Source of the DNA: a plasmid
Sequence record: NZ_CP033968.1
Length of the DNA stretch: 64,000 nucleotides
Direction: 5' to 3' (one strand)
This document shows, one piece after another, positions 38,874 to 47,436 of the stretch. How positions within the stretch are numbered: position 1 is the stretch's first letter; every line of letters begins with the position of its first letter. Under the pieces are notes generated by a model. It saw nothing but the letters and a program-made list of their open reading frames with translations, was not told the DNA's origin and did not search any database. Made by a program: the position numbers and the translations under genes.

Positions 38874-40061
38874 GTGCAAGCTGATATGCCGCACACGAAG
38901 GAAGAAGGGCGAGACCTGCTCCGGCAAAAAAAGCCCGCTCCGGATGAACCGGCAGCGGGCTGGGCGGGAGTCAACGGGTGTATTGTTAAAGCCGACCAAG
39001 TTCGACGCTGCCGGGCAGCGGCAAATCGGGGTGAGACCGTGATTCAGTTCCTTGCAGACCAGATAGACCAGCTCGACCTTGCTCTAGACCAGCTCGCGTT
39101 GCAGGATCGGAACTTTGACCGGTTCGCTATGATGCTGACGGACAATGTCGTCGAACTGACATTGCACCGGCATGCAGAAGACACTCGAGTACTTGAATCG
39201 GATCTGCGCCTTGGGGGCCAGACTCCAGGAATCGATCAGAAGATTGTGTCGGAAGCTTTGGGGGCGAGGTTCGACGGCAAGGTAAAGTTGGCGCGTACGA
39301 CCGGGCTGATTGATGCGGAATTGAGCGCGACGCTGCTTTATCTCCATGGTTTCCGGAATACTGCGTACCACCGCGGTGCCCGGCATGAGGGCGTTCTGCA
39401 TTCGGTTTCGCTCTTCTACGTGCGGTGCGCCTGCGAGATTCTTGCGCGGTACCAGCCCCTTGGGTGGTACTCAGCGAGCGGGGACAAGATCTCGCACCGC
39501 GCTGTGAAGTACCTTGGCTCCATGAAAGGAAAATTGCCAACCGAACCTTTCGGGCGCGCATGGGCCCAGATATCGGAAGTCGCACTGCATCTGGGGGACA
39601 GGCTCGTAGCTGATCTGCACTGCGACATGCAGAAGACTATAGAGACGTTCGCCGAAAGCCTGGGATTGCTTGCGCAGTACCCTGAGCCTGGTGGTACACC
39701 GCGCAGCACTGTGATCATTGAGAGTCAGGTGTGGCACGTTGCCTTTTCGTCCGTGGGGGAAGACTATGCTCGAGTCCACGGTGGACCGACGTCGCCGTCG
39801 GCTGACTACGTGCGCTGGATAGAAGCCAACTTCCCATGGATCGACCGCGTTGACCCGGTTCCGTCGTGGCGAAGGCGAGCCGCCACACTCGCGAAGGAAA
39901 AGAATCCGCATTCGGCCGTTAAGAAGTACTGCGACTTCATGCGGCAGTCTGAAATGTTGCGTGAAGCGATCGATGCGGCTGCTGCTCAGCTCAACGCCCA
40001 TCTGAACAACCTGGTGGATTCGTACCTCGAAGAACAGGCTCTTCAGCGAGGGAAGCCGTGA
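38874..40061 (+). CDS. hypothetical protein (start uncertain)
   Basis: 395-aa ORF; no recognisable domain. Confidence 0.45.
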   Translation: MQADMPHTKEEGRDLLRQKKPAPDEPAAGWAGVNGCIVKADQVRRCRAAANRGETVIQFLADQIDQLDLALDQLALQDRNFDRFAMMLTDNVVELTLHRHAEDTRVLESDLRLGGQTPGIDQKIVSEALGARFDGKVKLARTTGLIDAELSATLLYLHGFRNTAYHRGARHEGVLHSVSLFYVRCACEILARYQPLGWYSASGDKISHRAVKYLGSMKGKLPTEPFGRAWAQISEVALHLGDRLVADLHCDMQKTIETFAESLGLLAQYPEPGGTPRSTVIIESQVWHVAFSSVGEDYARVHGGPTSPSADYVRWIEANFPWIDRVDPVPSWRRRAATLAKEKNPHSAVKKYCDFMRQSEMLREAIDAAAAQLNAHLNNLVDSYLEEQALQRGKP

Positions 40062-40098
40062 AGGAAAAAAATGAAAACGCCCCTTCGGAAAGGGGCGT
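40062..40098 (-). terminator. Rho-independent terminator closing the minus-strand small-gene array
   Basis: On minus strand: CGCCCCTTTCCGAAGGGGCG followed by TTTTCATTTTTTT. Confidence 0.5.
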
Positions 40099-40110
40099 CA
40101 CAGCGGTTGA

Positions 40111-40284
40111 TTAAGCATCCTGAGCGGCGTCGCGCATCAGTGAAGTGGCCTCAGCGTACGAGAGCCCATTGTCACGATAGTAGAGCGCACCCTGATGGAT
40201 GGCGCCGTCGTGGCTGTAGCCTTCCTTGCGGTACTCGAGATACTTGTCGGTTGCCCGAGCGAGCTGTTCGAGGGTGAACTGCAT
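40111..40284 (-). CDS. unlisted small ORF, 57 aa (MQFTLEQLARATDKYLEYRKEGYSHDGAIHQGALYYRDNGLSYAEATSLMRDAAQDA)
   Basis: Hand-translated; SD GAGGCAGAA ATG; directly followed by the terminator; below the 60-aa ORF-track cutoff. Confidence 0.35.
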   Translation of the reverse strand: MQFTLEQLARATDKYLEYRKEGYSHDGAIHQGALYYRDNGLSYAEATSLMRDAAQDA

Positions 40285-40332
40285 TTCTGCCTCACTTGGT
40301 GGTGCGTTGCAAAGCGCCGCGAGAACGACGGA

Positions 40333-40605
40333 CTAGAGTTGATATGCGATTGCCTGACGCAGGGCAGAGGCGTCCATGTAGGCGCCATGCTTCGCGATGT
40401 AGCGGCCGATTGCTACGTCCAGCTTGACTACTTTCAGCTTTCGCATGCTGTTCAATGCTCTGAACGCTTCTTCGCGAGTGCATCCCGTGATCTCCTGTAC
40501 TGTTTCCACGAAGTTCTCTTCAGCGTTCGCAATGCGTTGGGCGACGGGTTTCGCTCCAGGGAGCCGTGCGTTCTGGTGCATACCTGCCTTGGCCTTAGCG
40601 GTCAT
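40333..40605 (-). CDS. hypothetical protein
   Basis: 90 aa; start overlaps stop of 40605..40823. Confidence 0.4.
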   Translation of the reverse strand: MTAKAKAGMHQNARLPGAKPVAQRIANAEENFVETVQEITGCTREEAFRALNSMRKLKVVKLDVAIGRYIAKHGAYMDASALRQAIAYQL

Positions 40606-40823
40606 CAGATGCCGCCTCCGTACCCAAGCTGGGACATGATCCAGTCGCAGACAAAGCGGCGCTTCACCTGATCAGCTTTCAGCTCCGAGTCCTCACCTGC
40701 TTCACGAATCACCACCGCTGCAATGTCACCGCGCGTGCGATCGTGGCCGACGGTAGGCAAAGAGCGAACAACTGCGCTGAAGACTCGCTTGCCCGCCGTT
40801 GCCTTGACTGCGTCAAAGTCCAT
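40605..40823 (-). CDS. hypothetical protein
   Basis: 72 aa. Confidence 0.4.
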   Translation of the reverse strand: MDFDAVKATAGKRVFSAVVRSLPTVGHDRTRGDIAAVVIREAGEDSELKADQVKRRFVCDWIMSQLGYGGGI

Positions 40824-40885
40824 TTCTTTCCTTTGTGTTTCGACCGCAACGGCGGCCGTCGCATATGCCTGGTTGTCGATAATCG

Positions 40886-41116
40886 TCAGATCACTTGCCC
40901 ATGAAGAGCTTGAACCTCGCGATAGTTGTTGGCCATGTCATGAAGCCAGCACACCTTGATGCGTAGATCGTCCGATGAGGGAGACACGTCCCACTCAACA
41001 AGGCTGTAGCAATGCCCGCCTTCATCGAACACTCGTGCTTCTGAACTTCCCATGGAGATGCGGTTGAACCCCTTGTTTCTAAGAAATTTCTGAACGCGCT
41101 TCCCGTTTGCGGTCAT
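40886..41116 (-). CDS. hypothetical protein
   Basis: SD AGGGAAAGAACG ATG; 76 aa; stable hairpin CGCCCGCCGAAGCGGGCGGG just upstream (41150-41169). Confidence 0.4.
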   Translation of the reverse strand: MTANGKRVQKFLRNKGFNRISMGSSEARVFDEGGHCYSLVEWDVSPSSDDLRIKVCWLHDMANNYREVQALHGQVI

Positions 41117-41175
41117 CGTTCTTTCCCTTGAATGTTGTGTTGTTCCATCGCCCGCCGAAGCGGGCGGGTCGGGTG

Positions 41176-41373
41176 CTAGATCTTGCGAACGGTACCGCTC
41201 GCGATGTTCCAGCCGTTAGGCGCGAAACCTTTGCGGTTTCCCCACTTGTCGCTTTCGATGAAGGAGCCGTCGTTCAGGTTGAACTGCTCGCCGCCATCCT
41301 GCAGCGGCTTTACGCTGCGAGAGTTGGCGCGAAGAAACGTGCTGGATTTCAAGATGAAGTCTTTGGCCTGCAT
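41176..41373 (-). CDS. small hypothetical protein
   Basis: SD GAAGGGAATCGAGAA ATG; 65 aa. Confidence 0.4.
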   Translation of the reverse strand: MQAKDFILKSSTFLRANSRSVKPLQDGGEQFNLNDGSFIESDKWGNRKGFAPNGWNIASGTVRKI

Positions 41374-41414
41374 TTCTCGATTCCCTTCGCCCGGGTTTGC
41401 GGGCAGATTTGTGG

Positions 41415-41954
41415 TTAGCGTTCCGCGGATTCGCCGTCGATCTCGAAGCAATATGGGTTGCTCTCGTCCGTGGAGACTTCCGCGAGGATCGGCTCGCCGT
41501 TAGGCCATGAACCAAGGTTGGCGGAGTTGCCTTGAATACGGTCGAGCAACTTGATTGCTTCCGCCTTGCTGGTGGCCTTGACGCGCACCGCGCAGGACAG
41601 CCGTACATCAAACGCGTACTCGTGAATCTCTGTCGTAGTACCGATGGTCACCGGGTCCGTCGACATGTCGGTCAGTGCGGTCGCAAAGTAGTGACCGTAT
41701 GCCAGCGGATCGGGGTCACTTGGCATCGAAACCAGGAATAGCAGTTCATCGCATTTGGCCAATCCGTTGACCTCCATGCCGACGGCTGCAATGGAGACCC
41801 GTTGGCCGCGGTACTTCTCCAGGTTGGGCAGCTTCTGAATTGCCTCGTCAGAGAAACGAGCCGATTTGAGACTGGCAGCAAATGCAGCTGCCTTGCTCGG
41901 GTCCTTGAAAATGCTGTCTGCTCCGCAGACGAGTTTGTTGCGGGCTTCTGCCAT
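41415..41954 (-). CDS. hypothetical protein
   Basis: SD CAAGAGGAGAGATCC ATG (inside duplicated cassette A); 179 aa. Confidence 0.5.
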   Translation of the reverse strand: MAEARNKLVCGADSIFKDPSKAAAFAASLKSARFSDEAIQKLPNLEKYRGQRVSIAAVGMEVNGLAKCDELLFLVSMPSDPDPLAYGHYFATALTDMSTDPVTIGTTTEIHEYAFDVRLSCAVRVKATSKAEAIKLLDRIQGNSANLGSWPNGEPILAEVSTDESNPYCFEIDGESAER

Positions 41955-42060
41955 GGATCTCTCCTCTTGAAGGTTGGACTTGCATGAGGCAATGAGACAC
42001 AGGCAAGACTATGTGCCAGCGGAAAGGAAAACGCCCCTCACTGGCTGGCCAGGAGGGGCG
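41951..42060 (-). repeat. Duplicated terminator-promoter-5'UTR cassette, copy A
   Basis: CATGGATCTCTCCTCTTGAAGGTT..CTTGCA..AGGCAATGAGACACAGGC..GACT ... CCCCTCACTGGCTGGCCAGGAGGGG is nearly identical to 42729-42840. Confidence 0.6.
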
Positions 42061-42082
42061 GGGGAGTTGGGAGGTCAGAGCA

Positions 42083-42253
42083 TCAAGCCGTGTTGGAGGG
42101 CTGGTCGACGCAGAGCTCCTCGAAAGCCGGGCAGCTTTCAACTTCATCTACGTCTTCGGTTGGCCAGTTCTTCGAGCACTGGCTCAACTCTCCAGGCCTG
42201 TACGTGCAGTGCGCGCAGGTCGCGCACAGATCATCATCGGAAATTGAGCGCAT
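42083..42253 (-). CDS. unlisted small Cys-rich ORF, 56 aa (MRSISDDDLCATCAHCTYRPGELSQCSKNWPTEDVDEVESCPAFEELCVDQPSNTA)
   Basis: Hand-translated; excellent SD AAGGAGACGAGAAAA ATG; ends just before the terminator hairpin of cassette A. Confidence 0.4.
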   Translation of the reverse strand: MRSISDDDLCATCAHCTYRPGELSQCSKNWPTEDVDEVESCPAFEELCVDQPSNTA

Positions 42254-42285
42254 TTTTCTCGTCTCCTTGCGTGGTGTTCCGTGGT

Positions 42286-42510
42286 TCAGTGGCCGCCGAG
42301 TAGCGCGGGTTGTGGTTCGGCAGTGAGGCTAGCCTTGTATTGACGGGCAAGCTTGAGGCTGTACGACGCGTTCGCCCGTGTTCTGTCCGCCAGCCAGGTT
42401 CCGGCCAGTTGGCCGCGCGCCCGGTGGATGCGAGCCCAGCGGGCGAGATATCGAGCGTCACGTACGAGCCACTCAATAGCCTCGCGGATTTCAGCCTGAG
42501 TCATGGTCAT
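42286..42510 (-). CDS. hypothetical protein
   Basis: 74 aa; start overlaps stop of 42507..42731. Confidence 0.4.
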   Translation of the reverse strand: MTMTQAEIREAIEWLVRDARYLARWARIHRARGQLAGTWLADRTRANASYSLKLARQYKASLTAEPQPALLGGH

Positions 42511-42731
42511 CCCCTTGCCTGGTGACCCGGCTCAGACTTGCCCAGGTTGATGAGCGCCGCGCGAAGCTCGTTGTGGTCCATGCGGTTGATAGCTACTTGT
42601 GCCTCGATCTTCCGCTCCAGCGGCAAGAGCGCGTGGATGTTCGCCTTCAAAACCTTGCGCGCCGTTTCGCAGAATTTGATGGCGTCCAGGCCTGCTTGGT
42701 TCGGACTGTGTTGGCTGGGGATTTGTGGCAT
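42507..42731 (-). CDS. hypothetical protein
   Basis: SD CAAGAGGAGAGATCC ATG (inside cassette B); 74 aa. Confidence 0.4.
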   Translation of the reverse strand: MPQIPSQHSPNQAGLDAIKFCETARKVLKANIHALLPLERKIEAQVAINRMDHNELRAALINLGKSEPGHQARG

Positions 42732-42840
42732 GGATCTCTCCTCTTGAAGGTTTATCTTGCAAGAGGCAATGAGACACAGGCGGGACTAAGCGTAGACGGG
42801 AAGGGAAGAAAAACCCCTCACTGGCTGGCCAGGAGGGGGT
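42729..42840 (-). repeat. Duplicated terminator-promoter-5'UTR cassette, copy B
   Basis: See copy A. The inverted repeat CCCCTC-ACTGGCTGGCCAG-GAGGGG followed (minus strand) by a T-rich run forms an intrinsic terminator. Confidence 0.6.
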
Positions 42841-42845
42841 GGAGG

Positions 42846-43235
42846 CTAGTTGGCAGGTACGATCCGGAGCGTGAAGGTATCCGGAAGCTTTCGCCCGAGG
42901 ATGACGGAGGCGCACTGTCGGAATCGCTCCGACCAGGCTCCGGTTGTTCGGCGCCCGCTAGGTGCGCAGATCTTCCAGGCAGTTTCAATCTGGTCGTGCT
43001 GATCCTGAGTGACTTCGATGATCGAAGCGATTTCCTTCTCAATCCACGCGTCCGCAACTTCCACAGCGCGGCAGCGCGATGATTCGGTTCCCGCCGCGAC
43101 CCAGTCGCCGCCGATTTCGCCTAGGACTTCAAACGTGCCAAGGATTCTGTTGGACGGTACGGCATGGATTACGCGAACGACGATTTCGCCCTCGACGCGC
43201 GAATACACTTCAGTTCGCTCTACTTGGTTCGGCAT
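42846..43235 (-). CDS. hypothetical protein
   Basis: 129 aa; ends 6 nt before cassette B. Confidence 0.45.
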   Translation of the reverse strand: MPNQVERTEVYSRVEGEIVVRVIHAVPSNRILGTFEVLGEIGGDWVAAGTESSRCRAVEVADAWIEKEIASIIEVTQDQHDQIETAWKICAPSGRRTTGAWSERFRQCASVILGRKLPDTFTLRIVPAN

Positions 43236-43350
43236 CAGTTACTCCCTACGGGTTGGTTTGCAGAGGAGTAATGCGGCGCATGTGGGAATAACCGCGGTGC
43301 CGTAGTCGCGGGCAGGGGCACGCTGATGTGCAGGTGCCCGCAGGGCGGAC

Positions 43351-43620
43351 CTATCCATTGCTTCCACTGAACGGATTGGGTGCAACTCCCGGGGGTGCCA
43401 CGGCAACTTGATCTGGCAACGGCCCGGCCTCGAGCGAAGCGACAATCAGGTCGAGGTTTGCTTTCAATGCCTTTGCCATGCTGAGGCCCGCTTTGTCCCT
43501 TGTCAGGTCTAAGCTTCCATAGATGGATACGCGATCAAGGCGGTTCTCGATGGTCATCTCGCCGATGGCTACGACCTCGGACTCGTTTGCAAACGGGCTG
43601 AGCGTTTGTGAGGTGGACAT
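43351..43620 (-). CDS. small hypothetical protein
   Basis: SD AAAGGATCTGAG ATG; 89 aa; start overlaps stop of 43622..44221. Confidence 0.4.
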   Translation of the reverse strand: MSTSQTLSPFANESEVVAIGEMTIENRLDRVSIYGSLDLTRDKAGLSMAKALKANLDLIVASLEAGPLPDQVAVAPPGVAPNPFSGSNG

Positions 43621-43621
43621 C

Positions 43622-44221
43622 TCAGATCCTTTGTTCGGCCTTGCCGAGCTTTGGGGCGATCGCCTTTGCCTTGGCGACAACGTTGGTCCCGGGAATGAAG
43701 TCGTGCAGGAACTGGCCGTTTGCACTCATCAGGGGGATGAGAAGCAGCAGGCCAGCCACTGCAGCGAGGAAAGCCGGCGAAGCGATGAAGAGGAGGCAAG
43801 TCAGGGTAACCACCTTCATCGCACTTCGCAGCAGAATTTCCCCAAAGCGCAGCTTTCGGTCGGCCGCGCTGCGCGTGGCCAGTCGGAACAGCCACTTGCC
43901 GGGAGTTCCTTCCATCCGCAGCTTGGCAAACATTGATTCGTAGGCCCACCAGATGGCGGGGAGGCCGGCCATCACGTATGGCGCGATACCTCGCGCGATC
44001 GCTTCGTACCAGGCAAAAGTCAGGTGGTCAGCAGGCACACCCGCAAAGATCACCTGCAGCTGCTCGGCTGACGGCATATCCATCATCATCGCCGCTATCC
44101 ACGCTGCACCGATGGTTGCTGCGGCCACTACCGCTGCGAGGATACATGCATCTACGGCATTTGCGCCCAGCCGCCTACTGATGAGCAGGACCCTTGGCAG
44201 GACGTTTCGTTTCGTGATCAT
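43622..44221 (-). CDS. multi-pass membrane protein (RDD-family-like)
   Basis: 199 aa, 4-5 hydrophobic helices; start overlaps the nuclease gene stop. Confidence 0.4.
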   Translation of the reverse strand: MITKRNVLPRVLLISRRLGANAVDACILAAVVAAATIGAAWIAAMMMDMPSAEQLQVIFAGVPADHLTFAWYEAIARGIAPYVMAGLPAIWWAYESMFAKLRMEGTPGKWLFRLATRSAADRKLRFGEILLRSAMKVVTLTCLLFIASPAFLAAVAGLLLLIPLMSANGQFLHDFIPGTNVVAKAKAIAPKLGKAEQRI

Positions 44222-45075
44222 TGGGAATTTCCTATCGCGTGAGTAGTTGTGCTGCCCGGGAAAAGGTCTTTCAGGACCCGCTCGGCAGATTTTTCGATCC
44301 CCCGATCCGATCTGCCGCGGAGTTCGGGGCGGGGGAGGGGGAGCTTCGATGCCTTGGCTTCTGCCGGCAAACTTGGGAAGAAGACCAAGCCGGCCATCGC
44401 TTCAAGCTCAGGGAGTGAGACGACCTCGTAGGCTGTCCCGGGTTCGTTGTTGACAACGTAGGCCGCTCCCTTCTGTGCGGCTGGGTCGAAGACGACCTTG
44501 AAAATTCGGTCCGGGACCAGGACGCGCCCATTGAGCTGTTTGACCTTGGCGCCGGTGAAGAGTGGGCCGGTGATGACATAGAGCGAGCCGCGACGCTCGA
44601 CAAGGTTGCGGACAGCCATCTCGATTCCGGCAAAAAGGTGGCGGTTGTTGTCCGGGTCCTGAGCGACGATGTTGCTGAGTGTGAAGCTCTCATACCGGGC
44701 CTCGGGAGTGCTCATGTCGCCACTTGGGGCGAGGTGACCTCGGTCTAGCCCCGACCGTGCAAAGTCCGCTAGTTCGGCGCGGTCCTTGGATGGGAGGCGC
44801 GAATCAGGGTGAAACGCGTCCGCCCGCTGCAGCGATCGGGCGGCGCGAATACGCGAAGGCGTGAGATGTTCCGCCGACCAGATAGCCGCACGGCTTAGGG
44901 GCGAATGCATGACGGCGAACTCGGTAAAGCAGAGCTCCGTAGCGCCCTGCGCCAGGCGGGCGTTTGCGACGATAGGAGCCGTGCCCTGGTAGTAGCTTCG
45001 CGCGCAGGCTGGGTCTTGGGCGTACCCCGGGATTGCCAGCACGCACAGCAGGGCGGCGAGCAGGTGCGATTTCAT
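44218..45075 (-). CDS. Secreted non-specific DNA/RNA endonuclease (Serratia nuclease/EndoG family, DRGH motif)
   Basis: Signal peptide MKSHLLAALLCVLAIPGYAQ; catalytic SGLDRGHLAPSGD; start overlaps VRR-NUC stop (ATGA). Confidence 0.75.
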   Translation of the reverse strand: MKSHLLAALLCVLAIPGYAQDPACARSYYQGTAPIVANARLAQGATELCFTEFAVMHSPLSRAAIWSAEHLTPSRIRAARSLQRADAFHPDSRLPSKDRAELADFARSGLDRGHLAPSGDMSTPEARYESFTLSNIVAQDPDNNRHLFAGIEMAVRNLVERRGSLYVITGPLFTGAKVKQLNGRVLVPDRIFKVVFDPAAQKGAAYVVNNEPGTAYEVVSLPELEAMAGLVFFPSLPAEAKASKLPLPRPELRGRSDRGIEKSAERVLKDLFPGSTTTHAIGNSQ

Positions 45076-45587
45076 CGTAATCTGGTCCTCTTTGGCGGCT
45101 CGTACACAGTGCAAGGAGAGATCCCCTGGCCAATGCGTGCAGGAATGAAGTTGGCAAGTTGAGATGCGTCATCGACCCAGCCGGCCAATCCTCCGTTCTG
45201 CGCCACGTTCTGAAGGAATGCCCATTGATCGTCGGTGGGCTCCTTTCCCGGGCGCTTCACTTCCACAGCGAAGAATCGACCATCTTTCAGTTGTCCGACG
45301 ATGTCTGAGACGCCAGGGATAGAGAACCGGACAAAGCGCTTCTGATCCCCTTCGCCGTACACAGCCACGCCTGTGTTCATGCGCATGACCCAAGCAACGC
45401 TGGGATGCTGCTCGAGCAGCTCCATGCATGCCAGCAGTACTTTGGTTTCGCGCGGCGACGGCGGATCGGTCGGCTTCGCTCTCGCCGCCCGCTTCGTGGG
45501 CTTCTCCTGGGGAACCACCGGCGTGCTGGTCTTCTGAGCACGACCGAGCAGCGCCTCGTACTCCTTCTCGCTGAGCCGTTTTCCCAT
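45072..45587 (-). CDS. VRR-NUC domain PD-(D/E)XK nuclease
   Basis: GVSDIVGQLKDGRFFAVEVKRPGKEPTDDQWAFL fits the VRR-NUC signature (D...E.K...Q). Confidence 0.65.
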   Translation of the reverse strand: MGKRLSEKEYEALLGRAQKTSTPVVPQEKPTKRAARAKPTDPPSPRETKVLLACMELLEQHPSVAWVMRMNTGVAVYGEGDQKRFVRFSIPGVSDIVGQLKDGRFFAVEVKRPGKEPTDDQWAFLQNVAQNGGLAGWVDDASQLANFIPARIGQGISPCTVYEPPKRTRLR

Positions 45588-45589
45588 TG

Positions 45590-46180
45590 CTAGCCGAACA
45601 TGTCGCCAAGTTTTTCCAGTGCTTCGAGCGCTACGGGGTCGATGCTCTGGGGGCTCGCCGGCGCCGGATGCGCGGCTGGGACGGTTCCAGGGTTTGCGGC
45701 AACGGCAATGGCAGGGGGCACGATCGTGGCAGGCGTTTCCGCTTCCTCCATACCCTGCGCGAGAAGTGGTTGGATGGGCTCGACCACTGTTTCGCGCAAG
45801 GGTGGTGGTTGCTCCGCCGGCGCCTCTGCTACCGGAGACGGGGTAGCAGGACGGGCAGCCGGCCGGGCTGAAATTGCGCGGGGCTTCAGCACCCTGGCAG
45901 AGCGTCCCTTGGCGCCTCGGCGCACCTGCTTGTCGTGCGGTGCGGATTCGATGAGACCCCCGGGACCAGCCAGTGCCTCCTCAATGGCGTCATCCAATGT
46001 TCCTGCATCCCGGTGCTTGATGAACCACTGATACAGGACGCCCCGGATGAGAGGGGTTTCGGTCCGGTATGGCATTTCTGCGAGGAACTCCAGAGCCCCG
46101 GGGCAGGTTGCCTCCGCGATCACCAGGTTGATGCGCCGCTCCGGTTCGTCTGGGTCGAACACCCGGATGAGCTTAGGCAT
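45590..46180 (-). CDS. hypothetical protein directly downstream of the ParM-like gene (possible ParR-like adaptor; N-terminal RINLVI beta-strand-helix, Pro/Ala-rich tail)
   Basis: 196 aa; start overlaps the ParM-like stop by 8 nt; position equivalent to parR in parMR operons. Confidence 0.4.
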   Translation of the reverse strand: MPKLIRVFDPDEPERRINLVIAEATCPGALEFLAEMPYRTETPLIRGVLYQWFIKHRDAGTLDDAIEEALAGPGGLIESAPHDKQVRRGAKGRSARVLKPRAISARPAARPATPSPVAEAPAEQPPPLRETVVEPIQPLLAQGMEEAETPATIVPPAIAVAANPGTVPAAHPAPASPQSIDPVALEALEKLGDMFG

Positions 46181-47201
46181 CTACGGTTTCCTGTTGGCTC
46201 TGCCGCTTCATCGCTTGGCGCAGCGCCACGCCCATGCCGTAACGGCCGAAGCCATTGGCTACTGACATGCGGGGGTTGTCAAGGAGAATGCAGTGCGACC
46301 ACTTCTTCTTGATTTCCTCATAGAGCAGCGGGGCGCCACCGCCGGCCAGGATCACGCCGTGCAACTTCCGCACGTCCATGGACAGCAAGGAGTCGGCCTT
46401 GGCGTTGATCTTCTGGGCAACGTGCGAGACCGCCTTTGCAACTTCTTCGGAGATGTCGATTTCTTGACCAAACTGCAAAATCGATTTGGTCCGGATCGCG
46501 GTTTCGCACTCGATGAGATTCGAGTGAATCCCGCGGCCATCGAGAATGCGTACCAGATGCTCCGCGGCGAAATTCAGCCCTTCGCATGTGCCGGCGCCGC
46601 GTTCAACGTACTGCCCTTCGAGCATCAGCAGAAAGTCGGTCGTGAAGTGGCCGACTTCGATGACAGCCCAACTCTTCGTCCGCCCGGATGCGTCAGTGAT
46701 ATGACTCCGGATCGGGAGCCCCTTTTCGTCGAGGTAGAAGTCGCAATACGCGCCCATCGGTTGGGGCAGGACCCGCATCTCGGCCTTAACGACACGTTCC
46801 GTGACCTCTTTGAGCCGAGCTTGCTGGGAAGAGAACAAGTTCGCTGGGGTACCGATCACCAGAAGCGGCTTGTCGAGGCCCGGAACCCCCATGGCTTCAA
46901 AGCGCTTCATGGTCGAGGCGACCAACACCTGGTACTCGGGGGTGTTGATCCAGTCGTTCGACAGGCCGGCATTGGCGCCGGGGCTGCCCTGCAACCGAGC
47001 AGTGTCGCCCGTGAAGAACTGCTTTCCCTCGATTTCGACGGTTTCGATGGCGGCTCGTCGAGCGGTCGTCTCGTCGGAGATCCCGATGGCGGGCGAGACG
47101 ATGGAGGGGAAGGTGAGGGGGTAGGACTCGCCTTGGGCAAAGGCGACGGCCTTGACGGCGCTACGGCCCACGTCGAGGCCAATGATGGTTTGGGTCAGCA
47201 T
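46173..47201 (-). CDS. Actin-like ATPase of the ParM/StbA family (type II segregation or phage actin)
   Basis: N-terminal phosphate-1 motif IIGLDVGRSAVKAV, later actin-fold motifs (VIEVGHFTTD, ILAGGGAPL); start at internal ATG 47201. Confidence 0.65.
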   Translation of the reverse strand: MLTQTIIGLDVGRSAVKAVAFAQGESYPLTFPSIVSPAIGISDETTARRAAIETVEIEGKQFFTGDTARLQGSPGANAGLSNDWINTPEYQVLVASTMKRFEAMGVPGLDKPLLVIGTPANLFSSQQARLKEVTERVVKAEMRVLPQPMGAYCDFYLDEKGLPIRSHITDASGRTKSWAVIEVGHFTTDFLLMLEGQYVERGAGTCEGLNFAAEHLVRILDGRGIHSNLIECETAIRTKSILQFGQEIDISEEVAKAVSHVAQKINAKADSLLSMDVRKLHGVILAGGGAPLLYEEIKKKWSHCILLDNPRMSVANGFGRYGMGVALRQAMKRQSQQETVDA

Positions 47202-47436
47202 GAAATTCTCACAGTGCAGAGTCGAAAAGGCCCCGCAACCGGGGCCGGCCACCGATGCGCAATCCGCTGTGCGCAATGTGTACTGCTCATTGTTCACTGC
47301 AGATACCGCACCTGTTACGCGTCCGCATTTTAGAATACATAACACGTATTGACAAGACGACTGTAGCGAACGGAGAATTGCCCCCCCGGGGTTGTTTACG
47401 CAATGTGATAAGCAACCCCCAAAGGACGCTTAATAC

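Noticed and set aside
41150-41169. Hairpin CGCCCGCCGAAGCGGGCGGG as an intrinsic terminator
   Set aside because: Stable stem but no adjacent U-tract on either strand. Noted as structure only.
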